A DNA stretch of 64,000 nucleotides from Pseudomonadota bacterium (GCA_039195235.1 JBCCVO010000001.1:20933-84932); one strand, 5' to 3'. Counted from the stretch's first letter, positions 18,518 to 29,013 are shown. The notes: generated by a model not told the origin, from the letters alone. Numbers and translations: made by a program.

Positions 18518-20239
18518 ATGATGATCAGGACACTTTCGATCGGCCTCGCGGCTGTCGTTTCGCTCGGCGGATGCGCGGAATACAGCGCGCCGACATCCAC
18601 CCCGACTGCCACTGCGCAGACCACGTCAAACGGCGCAGTCAGCTCAGCCGATCCGCGCGCAACCGCGGCAGGTGAAGCGATCCTTGCCCAGGGCGGCTCG
18701 GCCACCGACGCGGCGATTGCGGTGATGCTGGCGCTCACCGTGGTCGAACCGCAAAGCTCCGGTATTGGTGGCGGCGGGTTCATGGTCCGTTCTAACGGCG
18801 AAAGCGTCATCACCATCGACGGCCGCGAAACCGCACCTGCGGCGGCAACAGGCACACGATTCCTTGATGCCGATGGCGAACGCCTGCCGCGCGACAAGCG
18901 GGTAATCTCCGGCCTCAGTGTCGGCGTACCCGGCAATATCGCGCTCGCAGCCAAGGCGCATGCCGAATACGGCCGACTGCCCTGGGCCGATCTGTTCCAG
19001 CCCGCAATCAAGCTGGCGCGCGACGGCTTCCTCATGAACCGTCGATTGAACGAGTCGCTTTCCAGTCGAAAGGACCGAGCGGGCAAGACTGCCGATGCGC
19101 GGCGGGTCTTCTTCGGACCTGATGGCGAGGCAAAACCGGTCGGCACCTTGATCCGGAACGAAGAGTTTGCCGACACTCTCGCCGATCTGGCGGAAACAGG
19201 ACCGGAGGCGATGTACAAGCTCAATGCCGCCAGCCTTGCGGGCTATGTCGCTCGGGAAACCCCACAAGACGGCATAATGACAGAAGCGGATGTCACCTCC
19301 TATACCGCCAAGGACCGCGATCCGATCTGCGCGACATACCGCATCTACAAGGTCTGCGGTATGGGTCCGCCCTCATCGGGGGGCATCGCGGTGGCACAGA
19401 TGCTCGGCCAGCTTGAACGCTTCGACCTCGCCGCGCTCGGCCGGGATAGCGCCGAATTCTGGCACCTGTTCCTAGAATCGCAGCGCGTCGCGTACGCCGA
19501 CCGTGAACTGTATGTCGGTGATACCGACTTCGTCTCGGTGCCGGTCGCGGGCCTTGTCGACCCCGACTACATAGCCAGCCGCAGTGCACTGATCGATCCG
19601 GGCAAAGCCATTGCCGAAGTTACGCCCGGCACACCTCCCGGAGCGCCACTCGCCCGCGCGGATGGCGACGAACCACCTGAGAACGGCACCACGCACTTCT
19701 CTGTCGTCGATGCAGAGGGCAACGCGATCAGCTACACTTCCACCGTCGAAGGCGCGTTCGGATCGGGACTGTTCTTCGGCGGCTTCTATCTCAATAACGA
19801 GCTCACCGATTTCAGCTCGACCCCGGAAAAGGACGGAAAGCCCGTGGCCAACCGCGTCGAAGGCGGAAAGCGACCGCGCAGCTCGATGGCCCCGACCATC
19901 GTGTTCGACGCGGATGGCGAAATCGTGCTCGTGATCGGCGCGGCCGGCGGGCCGACAATCCCTGTGCAGGTGGCGCGCTCGATCATCGGCGTTGTGGATT
20001 TCGGCATGAGCGCTCAGGAGGCGCTCGGCCTGCCGCTTATAATGGCGTTCGGCCCAACGGTGATCCTGGAAGAAGGCACCGCGCTCGAAGGGATGCAGGA
20101 CGCCTTCAAGGCACGCGGACACGAAACCATCCGCAGCTTCTCACCGTCGCTCAAGGCCAACGCGCTGCGCAAAACCGAGAACGGCACATGGGAAGTCGCG
20201 ACAGATCCACGCATCGCACCGAAACTTGTGTACGAGTAA
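18518..20239 (+). CDS. ggt: gamma-glutamyltransferase (lipoprotein)
   Basis: VEPQSSGIGGGGF, IDGRETAP, nucleophile TTHFSVVD, KRPRSSMAP; lipobox LGGC. Confidence 0.93.
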   Translation: MMIRTLSIGLAAVVSLGGCAEYSAPTSTPTATAQTTSNGAVSSADPRATAAGEAILAQGGSATDAAIAVMLALTVVEPQSSGIGGGGFMVRSNGESVITIDGRETAPAAATGTRFLDADGERLPRDKRVISGLSVGVPGNIALAAKAHAEYGRLPWADLFQPAIKLARDGFLMNRRLNESLSSRKDRAGKTADARRVFFGPDGEAKPVGTLIRNEEFADTLADLAETGPEAMYKLNAASLAGYVARETPQDGIMTEADVTSYTAKDRDPICATYRIYKVCGMGPPSSGGIAVAQMLGQLERFDLAALGRDSAEFWHLFLESQRVAYADRELYVGDTDFVSVPVAGLVDPDYIASRSALIDPGKAIAEVTPGTPPGAPLARADGDEPPENGTTHFSVVDAEGNAISYTSTVEGAFGSGLFFGGFYLNNELTDFSSTPEKDGKPVANRVEGGKRPRSSMAPTIVFDADGEIVLVIGAAGGPTIPVQVARSIIGVVDFGMSAQEALGLPLIMAFGPTVILEEGTALEGMQDAFKARGHETIRSFSPSLKANALRKTENGTWEVATDPRIAPKLVYE

Positions 20240-20402
20240 AATTTTGAAATAGCAGAGAATTCGGCACGCAGTCCACGGCTTCGCCCCCGGTCGGCGCTTG
20301 CCGCTGCAGTGTTAAGGCCCTAATTCGGACGCATAAACGAAACATGTCTCGCTCGAAGCGCTCCGTAACGACGGCTAGGCGCGCCCGAGGGAAGAGGAGC
20401 CA

Positions 20403-22262
20403 GTGTCAGTGCATTCCCCAACCGTCCCGCCCAACGCCGCACCAGTCGTCAATCCGGACGACGATCAGCACCTGCAGGATATTGACGCCGCGAATAACCT
20501 TGTGGCCCTGTTCGTGATGCGCGCCGATCAAAAGGGCGATGCGCCCTTTCTCGGTCGGAAGAAGGATGGCGAATGGCGGACGCAGAGCTGGTCTGAAGTC
20601 GCGCAGCAAGTCTGCCTGCTGGCTGAAAGTTTGCGTCGGATCGGCCTCAATGCTGGCGATCGGGTCGCAATCGTATCCGAGAATCGCCCCGAATGGTGCA
20701 TTGCAGACCTTGCCATAATGGCTGCAGGCTGCATTTCGGTGCCGACTTACATCACCAATACAGAGCGTGATCACTGCCATATCCTCGACAATTCGGGCGC
20801 TCGAGCGGTCATCGTCTCGAACGAGAAGCTGCTTGGTCCGCTCCACGGTGCGATCCAGTCGACAGGGCTCGCCGAGCATGTGATCGGCATTGAAGACCTG
20901 CACCGCAAACAGGCGAGCAGTTTCGAGTATCACGATTGGGGCAAGCTGACCCAGGGCGATACTGTTGCCGCACGCGAAGCGGTCGACAAGCGGATCGCCG
21001 CGATATCGCGCGACGACACCGCCTGCCTGATCTACACCAGCGGCACTGGTGGTGCACCGCGCGGTGTGAAGCAGCATCACGGATCAATCTTGTGCAATGC
21101 GGCTGGTGCTGCAGAAATCCTGATCACCGATTTCGGCATTACCAACGAACGCTTCCTGTCATTCCTGCCGCTCTCACACGCCTACGAACATACGGGCGGG
21201 CAATATCTGCCAATCTCGGTCGGCGCAGAGATCTTCTATTCGGAAGGTCTCGAAAAGCTCGCCTCAAACATCGAAGAAGTCCGCCCAACGATCATGGTGG
21301 TCGTCCCGCGGCTGTTCGAAGTGCTGCGCACCCGAATTATCAAGCAGATCGAAAAACAGGGCCGCATTGCCAATTTCATGCTCGATAAGGCGATGAAGAT
21401 TGCGGACCACTCGACCGAGGGCAAAACCCGCAAGCGCGACAAGCCACTCGATTTCCTGGTCGAGAGGACGCTCCGCCCCAAGATCCGCCAGAAGTTCGGC
21501 GGTCGGATCAAGGCGATGGTTTCAGGCGGCGCGCCGCTAAACCCGGAAGTCGGCAGTTTCTTTGAAGCCATGGGTCTCACCATGCTGCAGGGCTATGGAC
21601 AGACCGAGGCTGGTCCGGTGATGAGCTGCAACAGGCCCAAGGTCGGGTTGAAGATGGATACGGTCGGCCCGCCTATGCGCGGAGTTGACATCAAGATCGC
21701 GGATGATGGCGAGATCCTGTGCCGCGGTGAGCTGGTGATGCACGGATACTGGCAAAACGAGGCCGAGACTGCACGCACGATCCAGGATGGCTGGCTGCAC
21801 ACCGGCGATATCGGGCATTTGGACGAGAAGGGCCGGATCGTCATTACCGATCGCAAGAAGGATATGATCGTCAATGACAAGGGCGACAACGTCGCTCCGC
21901 AAAAGATCGAAGGCATGCTGACGCTGCAGCCAGAAATCGCGCAGGCGATGGTGAGCGGCGACAAGCGGCCCTACGTCGTGGGCCTGATCGTGCCCGATGC
22001 CGAATGGGCGCTCGAATGGGCGCGCGCCAATGACGAGAAGTTCGATCTGAAAGCACTGCAGGATCTGCCCGCCTTCAAGAAAGCCGTTCGCGCAGCCGTC
22101 GATCGTACCAACAAGGACCTCTCCGTGGTCGAAAAGGTGCGCAAGTTCGAGTTCGCCGCCGAGGCTTTCGGAATCGAAAACGAGGAAATGACGCCGAGTA
22201 TGAAAATCCGTCGACACAAGATCCGTGACCGGTATCAGGAGCGCATCGACGGACTGTATTAA
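20403..22262 (+). CDS. long-chain fatty acid--CoA ligase
   Basis: YTSGTGGAPRG, QGYGQTE, GWLHTGDIG, TDRKKD. Confidence 0.92.
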   Translation: MSVHSPTVPPNAAPVVNPDDDQHLQDIDAANNLVALFVMRADQKGDAPFLGRKKDGEWRTQSWSEVAQQVCLLAESLRRIGLNAGDRVAIVSENRPEWCIADLAIMAAGCISVPTYITNTERDHCHILDNSGARAVIVSNEKLLGPLHGAIQSTGLAEHVIGIEDLHRKQASSFEYHDWGKLTQGDTVAAREAVDKRIAAISRDDTACLIYTSGTGGAPRGVKQHHGSILCNAAGAAEILITDFGITNERFLSFLPLSHAYEHTGGQYLPISVGAEIFYSEGLEKLASNIEEVRPTIMVVVPRLFEVLRTRIIKQIEKQGRIANFMLDKAMKIADHSTEGKTRKRDKPLDFLVERTLRPKIRQKFGGRIKAMVSGGAPLNPEVGSFFEAMGLTMLQGYGQTEAGPVMSCNRPKVGLKMDTVGPPMRGVDIKIADDGEILCRGELVMHGYWQNEAETARTIQDGWLHTGDIGHLDEKGRIVITDRKKDMIVNDKGDNVAPQKIEGMLTLQPEIAQAMVSGDKRPYVVGLIVPDAEWALEWARANDEKFDLKALQDLPAFKKAVRAAVDRTNKDLSVVEKVRKFEFAAEAFGIENEEMTPSMKIRRHKIRDRYQERIDGLY

Positions 22263-22279
22263 GGGGGCAGAATACAGTC

Positions 22280-22972
22280 ATGCTTCGCCTGCTCGCGAGC
22301 GAGATGCTTGGCACGCTGCTTCTGGTGGCGACCGTAGTTGGTTCGGGCATCATGGCCGAGACACTTTCCGACGGAAATGTCGCGCTCGCCCTGCTGGCGA
22401 ACACGATTGCCACAGGTGCCATCCTCTACGTCCTGATCACGATGCTGGGTCCGGTTTCAGGAGCGCATTTCAATCCAGCCGTTACGCTCGCATTCTGGCT
22501 TCGTCGCGATATCGCTCTGGGCACGGCACTGATATTCGTCGCGGTTCAATGTGTTGGCGGGGTTGCTGGCAGCGTCCTGGCCCACGCGATGTTCGACCAG
22601 CCATTGTTGCAGGTTTCAGAGCGCGTCCGAACAGGCGGGGCGCAGTGGTTATCGGAAAGTGTGGCTACCTTTGCGCTGGTCTTTACGATCATCGGGACAT
22701 TGCGCGCTCGACCGCAGGCGGTTCCAACCGCGGTCGCGCTGGTTATCGTGGCGGGCTATTGGTTCACAGCTTCCACATCCTTCGCCAATCCGGCAGTCAC
22801 GCTGGGTCGGGCGTTTTCCAATACTTTCAGCGGGATTTCACCCGTGGACGCGCCAGGTTTTGTCTTTGCGCAACTGGCCGGAGCGATCCTGGCCTGGGCC
22901 ACAGCCCGGTACGTTTTCGGCTGGGAAGCGGCTCCGGAAGAGACCGCCTCGCTTGCTAGGTCGGACGATTAA
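22280..22972 (+). CDS. MIP/aquaporin-family channel
   Basis: Two NPA motifs (SGAHFNPAVT, STSFANPAVT). Confidence 0.9.
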   Translation: MLRLLASEMLGTLLLVATVVGSGIMAETLSDGNVALALLANTIATGAILYVLITMLGPVSGAHFNPAVTLAFWLRRDIALGTALIFVAVQCVGGVAGSVLAHAMFDQPLLQVSERVRTGGAQWLSESVATFALVFTIIGTLRARPQAVPTAVALVIVAGYWFTASTSFANPAVTLGRAFSNTFSGISPVDAPGFVFAQLAGAILAWATARYVFGWEAAPEETASLARSDD

Positions 22973-22981
22973 TCGGCCCGC

Positions 22982-23518
22982 TCAAGCCGCCTCGGCTTCC
23001 TCGACATATTCCGGATAGAAGCTCGGTGCTCGGTCCGACCAGCCGGGCGCAGTCGCGGCGGCTTCGCTGAGGCTCTGCAGCAGCATTTTGCGCTGTTCCG
23101 GGCGGATCTGCGGGAGGGCAGCTGCCGCGCAGAAGGCCGCGGGAAGATAAGGCCGCACTCCGGGGCCCAGCAGGCGCTCGTATAGGAACCGGAATGCCGA
23201 GAAGCTCTGAACCTTTTCCTGCTCCAGATCGAAAACGGTCATGCGTACCAACTTGCCGAGCAGACGCTCGACCTCGCCGATCGCGCCTTCCTGCGGGACA
23301 AGATCGCGCAACGCCTTGAGATCCTGATAGGCCACATATTGCCGTCTGATCGCGGTGTTCTCTTGCTCGCTGCGGCCCCACAGCTTGAATGCATCACAGC
23401 GCGCCAGCCCGATATCGAGGCTGCGCTTGATATAGCGCTGCTCGCAAGCCGCAAAGCTGGCGAATTCGCGCATCTCACTGATGGTCATGGTCGCGGTGTT
23501 GGCAAGTGTCACAATCAT
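22982..23518 (-). CDS. hypothetical soluble protein
   Basis: 178-aa ORF with host-like codon use, GGGGG RBS; start uncertain. Confidence 0.75.
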   Translation of the reverse strand: MIVTLANTATMTISEMREFASFAACEQRYIKRSLDIGLARCDAFKLWGRSEQENTAIRRQYVAYQDLKALRDLVPQEGAIGEVERLLGKLVRMTVFDLEQEKVQSFSAFRFLYERLLGPGVRPYLPAAFCAAAALPQIRPEQRKMLLQSLSEAAATAPGWSDRAPSFYPEYVEEAEAA

Positions 23519-23696
23519 TTCCCCCGTTGAGAGGGCATGTGTCGGACAGTTTGGTTAACACGCAGTAAGGGCCGGTGAAAAATAACTGAGCTGATCCGCT
23601 ACACGTTATTGCATCTCTGTCATTTAGGATTGGAACTGGCACGCGGCGCCGAGATCGAAATCAATCCAGTGCTTGGCACGCGCAGCACCTGAGCGC

Positions 23697-23996
23697 CTAG
23701 CCCGAGATCACGTCCGCCCAGTCCGGGTGACGATCGGCCTGCGCTTTGAAGAACGGGCAGAGAGGAACGATCTTGAACCCCTGCTCTCGTGCGTCGGCAA
23801 CGACGCGTTCGGCGAGCAGTTTGCCGTAGCCCTTTCCACGAAACACGTCCGGCACACCGGTGTGATCGACGATGATCAGGGTATCCGAAGCACGGGAGTA
23901 GGTCAGCTCTGCCTCTTCGCTAGCACCCTCAGGGCGCAGAACATAGCGACCCTTTTGGCCATGGTCTTCCAGTGTGATTTTCGGTGCGCTGGTCAT
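23697..23996 (-). CDS. small GNAT-family protein (YjdJ-like)
   Basis: IIVDHTGVPDVFRGKGYG...KIVPLCPF. Confidence 0.88.
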   Translation of the reverse strand: MTSAPKITLEDHGQKGRYVLRPEGASEEAELTYSRASDTLIIVDHTGVPDVFRGKGYGKLLAERVVADAREQGFKIVPLCPFFKAQADRHPDWADVISG

Positions 23997-23998
23997 AA

Positions 23999-24991
23999 TC
24001 AAATCAGTCCCGCGAGTGGGGAGCTGGGGTCGGCATACTTGCGGCGACCCATGCGTCCGGCAAGATAGGCGTCGCGCCCAGCCTCAACCGCTAGCTTCAT
24101 CGCCCGCGCCATGCGGATCGGGTCCTTCGCTTCGGCGATCGCAGTATTCATCAGGATGCCATCGCAACCGAGCTCCATACCGACTGCGGCATCCGAAGCC
24201 GTGCCGACACCCGCATCAACCAAAACCGGCACATTCGCGCCTTCGACGATCAGGCGGATGGTCACCTTGTTCTGAATCCCAAGACCCGAACCGATCGGAG
24301 CGCCCAGTGGCATGATTGCAACCGCGCCTGCATCTTCCAATTGCTTGGCAGCAATGGGATCATCGACGCAGTAGACCATCGGCAGAAAGCCTTCCTTGGC
24401 AAGCACCTCGGTCGCGTTAAGCGTTTCGCGCATGTCCGGATAGAGCGTGCGCGCTTCGCCAAGCACTTCGAGTTTCACCAAGTCCCAACCACCCGCCTCG
24501 CGCGCGAGACGCAAAGTCCGCACAGCGTCTTCTCCGGTGAAGCACCCGGCTGTGTTGGGCAGGTACGTGATTTTCTTGGGATCGATGAAATCGGTCAGCA
24601 TCGGCGCCTTGGGATCGCTGACATTCACCCGGCGCACGGCCACGGTGACAATGTCCGCACCGCTTGCCTCGACCGCCGCAGCGTTCTCCTCAAAGTCCTT
24701 GTATTTCCCGGTCCCGACAATCAGCCGTGATTTGAACGTGCGCCCGGCTACTGTCCACGTATCGCCAGATGCGCTCTGATGATCGCCGCCGCCTACAAAG
24801 TGCACGATTTCCAGCGTATCACCGGCACCCAAAGCGGCCTGTTCCAGCGTCGAACGTGGAACGATCTCGCCATTACGTTCAACCGCAACCTTTTCCGGAG
24901 CAAGCTCAAGCTCACGTACGAGATCCGCTATGGTTGCCGCAATTGTGCTGCGCGACTCGCCATTCAGTGTGATGTTCTTGGTATCGGTCAT
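23999..24991 (-). CDS. thiG: ThiS-ThiG fusion (sulfur carrier + thiazole synthase)
   Basis: ThiS part ITLNGE...[10 protein letters not shown]...EIVHFVGGG, then Thi[27 protein letters not shown]. Confidence 0.95.
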   Translation of the reverse strand: MTDTKNITLNGESRSTIAATIADLVRELELAPEKVAVERNGEIVPRSTLEQAALGAGDTLEIVHFVGGGDHQSASGDTWTVAGRTFKSRLIVGTGKYKDFEENAAAVEASGADIVTVAVRRVNVSDPKAPMLTDFIDPKKITYLPNTAGCFTGEDAVRTLRLAREAGGWDLVKLEVLGEARTLYPDMRETLNATEVLAKEGFLPMVYCVDDPIAAKQLEDAGAVAIMPLGAPIGSGLGIQNKVTIRLIVEGANVPVLVDAGVGTASDAAVGMELGCDGILMNTAIAEAKDPIRMARAMKLAVEAGRDAYLAGRMGRRKYADPSSPLAGLI

Positions 24992-25057
24992 GGTTGCCGA
25001 AATAGGCGCATGGGCAGCGCGCGCAACCATCTGTTTGTAGACAATATCGCCCGAGTG

Positions 25058-25435
25058 CTAGCGCGCAGCGCGTAGATTGAGCAAATGCCCAATTGATACG
25101 AGTGCGATACCAATCAGGGTCAGCACAATCTCTTCTGTGCCGTGGGGCACCGCCAAGGCGCCTCCCATGAAAGTCAGGCCCATCATCGCGATAACAAAGG
25201 GTGCCGCCTGGCGATGCTTGACCGCGCCCCAACCAATCGCGACAGCTGCGACGATCAGCGCGAGCAAGAGACCAAAGCGATGAATCTCGGGTGACGCCAG
25301 AAAATGCCCGCCAAGCCCAAGCGCCGACACAACAAAGATCGTCGCAACGCAATGCAGAGCACACAGACCGGCGAGGCCGATACCAACGTGATCAAGACGT
25401 CGACGAATCGATAAAGGCGCTTTCGTGTCCTGCAT
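25058..25435 (-). CDS. MerC-domain membrane protein
   Basis: RLDHVGIGLAGLCALHC, four TM segments, C-terminal GHLLNLR. Confidence 0.82.
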   Translation of the reverse strand: MQDTKAPLSIRRRLDHVGIGLAGLCALHCVATIFVVSALGLGGHFLASPEIHRFGLLLALIVAAVAIGWGAVKHRQAAPFVIAMMGLTFMGGALAVPHGTEEIVLTLIGIALVSIGHLLNLRAAR

Positions 25436-25449
25436 GGCTGCGGGAGCTC

Positions 25450-25470
25450 ATATGTAACAGTATCACATTT
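25450..25470. promoter_or_regulatory. Zur-box-like palindrome
   Basis: Minus strand AAATGTGATACTGTTACATAT resembles AAATGTTATANTATAACATTT; 14 bp before the MerC-domain ATG. Confidence 0.6.
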
Positions 25471-25576
25471 CGCAAGGGCGGTTTGGTCTCAAGCGCATAG
25501 TCTTGCGGTTTGCGCACCGAGCTGTGCGGCAAACATGCTTGCAAGAACGCTTCGCCCGGCACACTTAGGCCTTACT

Positions 25577-26653
25577 ATGGCGACAACTGCCCCCTCTACC
25601 GCAGCGTTGGATACGCAAGGCGGCATCCGATCACGACCTCTTGTGCTGGCACGATGGTTGGAATTCGTCGCGGCCATGATCGTAGTCATAGTCGTGGTGG
25701 GCGGAATAACAAGGCTCACCGAAAGCGGCCTGTCGATCACGCAATGGCAGCCAGTAACGGGCATCCTCCCCCCCTTGAGCGATGCGGCATGGCAGGCAGA
25801 GTTCGCCGAGTATCGCGCAACGCCGGAATACCGCTACGAGGCAAGCGTGACCGGCATGACGCTGGCCGAGTTCAAGTTTATCTATTTCTGGGAGTGGTTT
25901 CATCGCGTCCTCGGTCGCCTGATCGGGCTGGCTTATGGACTGCCGCTTGCCTGGTTCTGGGTGAAGCGCGCAATCCCATCAGGGTACAAACCGCGCCTGA
26001 TCGCACTGCTCGGACTTGGCGCCTTGCAAGGCACCTTTGGCTGGCTGATGGTGCGTAGCGGGCTTTCGGGGCAGATGACTGATGTGAGCCATTTCTGGCT
26101 GTCGGTACATCTGCTCACCGCTCTGTTTACGCTTGGCGGCCTGATTTGGACTGCGCTTGACTTGCGGCGGCTGGCCAAAGATCCGACCGCACGACCCGCC
26201 CCCTTGACCGTTTCGGCCTTCATCGTGTCGGTCGTTCTATTCGTACAGCTGCTTTTGGGAGCATGGGTCGCCGGACTGAATGCCGGTCACGCGGCCTATG
26301 ACTGGCCGTTGATGAACGGTCGACTGGTGCCGGAGATCGACTGGTCAGGCGGCGTCTGGTGGACTTTGACGCATGATCCCTTCTTGCTCCATTTCCTCCA
26401 TCGCTGGTGGGCCTGGGTCGCGGTGGCGGCGCTGGTCTGGATTGCCCGCAGGGTTCGTAAGTCCAACCGAATGGCCTCGGTCGCCGTGCACAGCGCGTTC
26501 GGGACCATGGTTATTCTCGGCATTGCTACGGTAATGAGCGGCGTCTCTTTATGGATTGCGGTTGCGCACCAACTTACTGGTGCCTTGCTGGTTGCCAGCC
26601 TTGCGTGGGCAATGCACGCCGATGGTGTCAGGACTCGCACTGCCCGCGCATGA
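25577..26653 (+). CDS. ctaA: heme A synthase (COX15/CtaA)
   Basis: GGITRLTESGLSITQW, FKFIYFWEWFHR, GWLMVRSGL, HFLHR. Confidence 0.95.
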   Translation: MATTAPSTAALDTQGGIRSRPLVLARWLEFVAAMIVVIVVVGGITRLTESGLSITQWQPVTGILPPLSDAAWQAEFAEYRATPEYRYEASVTGMTLAEFKFIYFWEWFHRVLGRLIGLAYGLPLAWFWVKRAIPSGYKPRLIALLGLGALQGTFGWLMVRSGLSGQMTDVSHFWLSVHLLTALFTLGGLIWTALDLRRLAKDPTARPAPLTVSAFIVSVVLFVQLLLGAWVAGLNAGHAAYDWPLMNGRLVPEIDWSGGVWWTLTHDPFLLHFLHRWWAWVAVAALVWIARRVRKSNRMASVAVHSAFGTMVILGIATVMSGVSLWIAVAHQLTGALLVASLAWAMHADGVRTRTARA

Positions 26654-26985
26654 CCGAGACTGTCGCTGCATTGGCCTGGTGCCCCTTTCCTGACCTCGAG
26701 AGCGCGCGCGATATCAGCGGGGCGCTGCTTGATGAGAGGTTGATCGGCTGCGCAAATATCCTTGGCGAGATCGAGGCCCTGTTCGAATGGGAGGGCGAGC
26801 GATCGCGTGGCACCGAAGTCGCGGTGCTGTTTAAAACGAACGGCGACATTCTTGATCGGCTGATCGAGCGGTTGGGCGAGCTTCATCCCTATGATACACC
26901 TGCAATACTTGCTTGGCGTTGTGATGCTGCTCATCCTTCGACGCTGGCATGGTTGGGCGATTTGGGGGCGAAGGAGCAGTCATGA
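26650..26985 (+). CDS. cutA: divalent-cation tolerance protein CutA
   Basis: LLDERLIGCANI, FEWEGE, LHPYDTPAI. Confidence 0.9.
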   Translation: MTETVAALAWCPFPDLESARDISGALLDERLIGCANILGEIEALFEWEGERSRGTEVAVLFKTNGDILDRLIERLGELHPYDTPAILAWRCDAAHPSTLAWLGDLGAKEQS

Positions 26986-27707
26986 AAGGGATCACGCGTC
27001 GGGGCGCCTTGGGCAGCGCTATGGCCGTCGCAGTCGCTGGCCTTGCAGGTCAGGCAGTACCAGCAGGTGCAGCAAGGCCATCAATCATTCCGAGCCAGCC
27101 GATGAAACTGGCCAGGCGGATCGAACGAGGCATGCGTGGCGGGGCAATTCTGACGGTCGAGCGCTTCTGGCAGGTCCGCTTTGCACGCCAGGGCGATGGC
27201 ATTGTCATTACGGGAGAGCAGATCTCCGCCAGAGTTGATGCGCCTCAGGCACTTGCTGCTCTTGCCCACATTGAGGAATCCCGATCGACCACTGGGATGT
27301 TCCCGATCCTGCTTTCTGGCGATGGCTCGATCTTGGCGGCGGGGGACTATATACAAGGATCCGATCTCGACGCTGCGGTTGGGCAAGCCGAGACCATGAT
27401 CGCCAAACGTGCCGTGCCACAGGACGCCAAGGCGCAACTGCTTTATTATCTTTCACAGCTCCAGCGCAGCAGCACGACTTTGCTGGACCGGATGCCACCT
27501 GACTTGTTCTTCCCGATCAGCCCACCCTCAAGAGCAGTGCGTCCGGTTAGCCTGCCTGATGGTTTGATGGGCGAGTTCGAGGTCACTTACGAGGCCCGCC
27601 CCGCTCCTGGTTGCGACTGGCTGGATCGCGCGGTGCGCCGGGTTATCACGCGCATCGGGAATAGCGAACGACGCTCCAGTGAGGTCTGGTTGCTCACCGA
27701 TATCTGA
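26982..27707 (+). CDS. hypothetical exported protein with Tat-like signal
   Basis: MKGITRRGALGSAMAVAVAG twin-Arg signal; ATGA overlap with cutA. Confidence 0.75.
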   Translation: MKGITRRGALGSAMAVAVAGLAGQAVPAGAARPSIIPSQPMKLARRIERGMRGGAILTVERFWQVRFARQGDGIVITGEQISARVDAPQALAALAHIEESRSTTGMFPILLSGDGSILAAGDYIQGSDLDAAVGQAETMIAKRAVPQDAKAQLLYYLSQLQRSSTTLLDRMPPDLFFPISPPSRAVRPVSLPDGLMGEFEVTYEARPAPGCDWLDRAVRRVITRIGNSERRSSEVWLLTDI

Positions 27708-27900
27708 TGGCCAGTGTCATAGAGGTATTATTTTACCTCTGTCGAAACGCTCGGTTTTGCTTGACTTCGAGACCACCAAACGACAAACGCCCGCCATTAC
27801 TGCGACGCTCGAATCATTCAGCGATGCACCTCGCCCGATCCACAGCATCGCTGCGGACGGTCGAAACAAACCAGCCAATTTGGGTTAAGGACATTCAGCC

Positions 27901-28380
27901 ATGAAGGCTCTGAGCAAACAGACCCGGTCGATCAAGCCGGCCGAGGTCGAAAAGAAATGGCACCTGATCGATGCCGACGGCCTCGTGGTCGGTCGGCTTG
28001 CTTCGATCATCGCCAATATCCTGCGCGGCAAGCACAAGCCGAGCTACACTCCGCATGTCGATTGCGGCGATCACGTGATCGTCATCAACGCCGACAAGGT
28101 GAAATTCACCAGCAATAAGGCAAGCAAGAAGATCTATTACAAGCACACCGGCCACCCGGGCGGTATCAAGGAAACCACGCCTGAAAAAATTCTGGAAGGT
28201 CGTTTCCCGGAGCGTGTGCTTCAAAAGGCGGTCGAGCGGATGATCCCGCGCGGACCTCTGGGGCGCCAGCAGATGAAGGCGCTGCACCTCTACAACGGCA
28301 CCGAGCACCCGCATGACGGCCAGTCGCCCGAAGTGCTCGACGTTGCTTCCATGAACCGCAAGAACAAGGTCACCGCATAA
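27901..28380 (+). CDS. rplM: 50S ribosomal protein L13
   Basis: GRLAS...[17 protein letters not shown]. Confidence 0.98.
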   Translation: MKALSKQTRSIKPAEVEKKWHLIDADGLVVGRLASIIANILRGKHKPSYTPHVDCGDHVIVINADKVKFTSNKASKKIYYKHTGHPGGIKETTPEKILEGRFPERVLQKAVERMIPRGPLGRQQMKALHLYNGTEHPHDGQSPEVLDVASMNRKNKVTA

Positions 28381-28916
28381 TGGCTGACGAGAACAAGAAC
28401 GAAACCGTTTCGGATCTCGCCGATCTGAAGGACATTGCCGGTGATGCGCCCGCAGCAGACGCTGCCGAAATCGCCGAGACCACTGCCGCAAACCCGCCCG
28501 CGCCGCTGCGCGAGCAGGAACTTGACGGACAGGGCCGCGCCTATGCAACCGGTCGCCGTAAGGATGCGGTCGCACGCGTCTGGGTAAAGCCTGGCTCGGG
28601 CAAGATCACGATCAACGGCAAGGATCAGGAAACATATTTCGCACGCCCTACCCTTCGTCTTATCCTGAATCAGCCCTTCGCAATCACAGAACGTGAAGGT
28701 CAGTACGACGTGGTCGCCACAGTGCGCGGCGGCGGGCTCTCTGGTCAGGCGGGCGCCGTAAAGCACGGTATCAGTCAGGCTTTGAGCAAGTATGAGCCGG
28801 AACTGCGCTCGACGGTCAAAGCTGCTGGCTTCCTTACCCGCGACAGCCGTGTGGTTGAGCGGAAAAAGTACGGTCGCGCCAAGGCACGTCGTAGCTTCCA
28901 GTTCTCGAAGCGCTAG
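28380..28916 (+). CDS. rpsI: 30S ribosomal protein S9
   Basis: [35 protein letters not shown]. Confidence 0.98.
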   Translation: MADENKNETVSDLADLKDIAGDAPAADAAEIAETTAANPPAPLREQELDGQGRAYATGRRKDAVARVWVKPGSGKITINGKDQETYFARPTLRLILNQPFAITEREGQYDVVATVRGGGLSGQAGAVKHGISQALSKYEPELRSTVKAAGFLTRDSRVVERKKYGRAKARRSFQFSKR

Positions 28917-28937
28917 AACGCTTCCAGGCTTTCGAGC

Positions 28938-28975
28938 AAAAAAGGGCGGGTCCCAACGCGGGATCCGCCCTTTTT
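28938..28975. terminator. bidirectional intrinsic terminator
   Basis: AAAAAA-GGGCGGGTCCC-aacgc-GGGATCCGCCC-TTTTT between convergent genes. Confidence 0.9.
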
Positions 28976-29013
28976 GTTGTTCGGTCTGCTTTTGCCAGGG
29001 CTCGTGCAGGCGC

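Noticed and set aside
23637-23690. Sigma-54 promoter from two TGGCACG copies
   Set aside because: Neither has the -12 TGC element at the required spacing
25058-25435. Mercury resistance locus
   Set aside because: No merR, merA, merT or merP nearby
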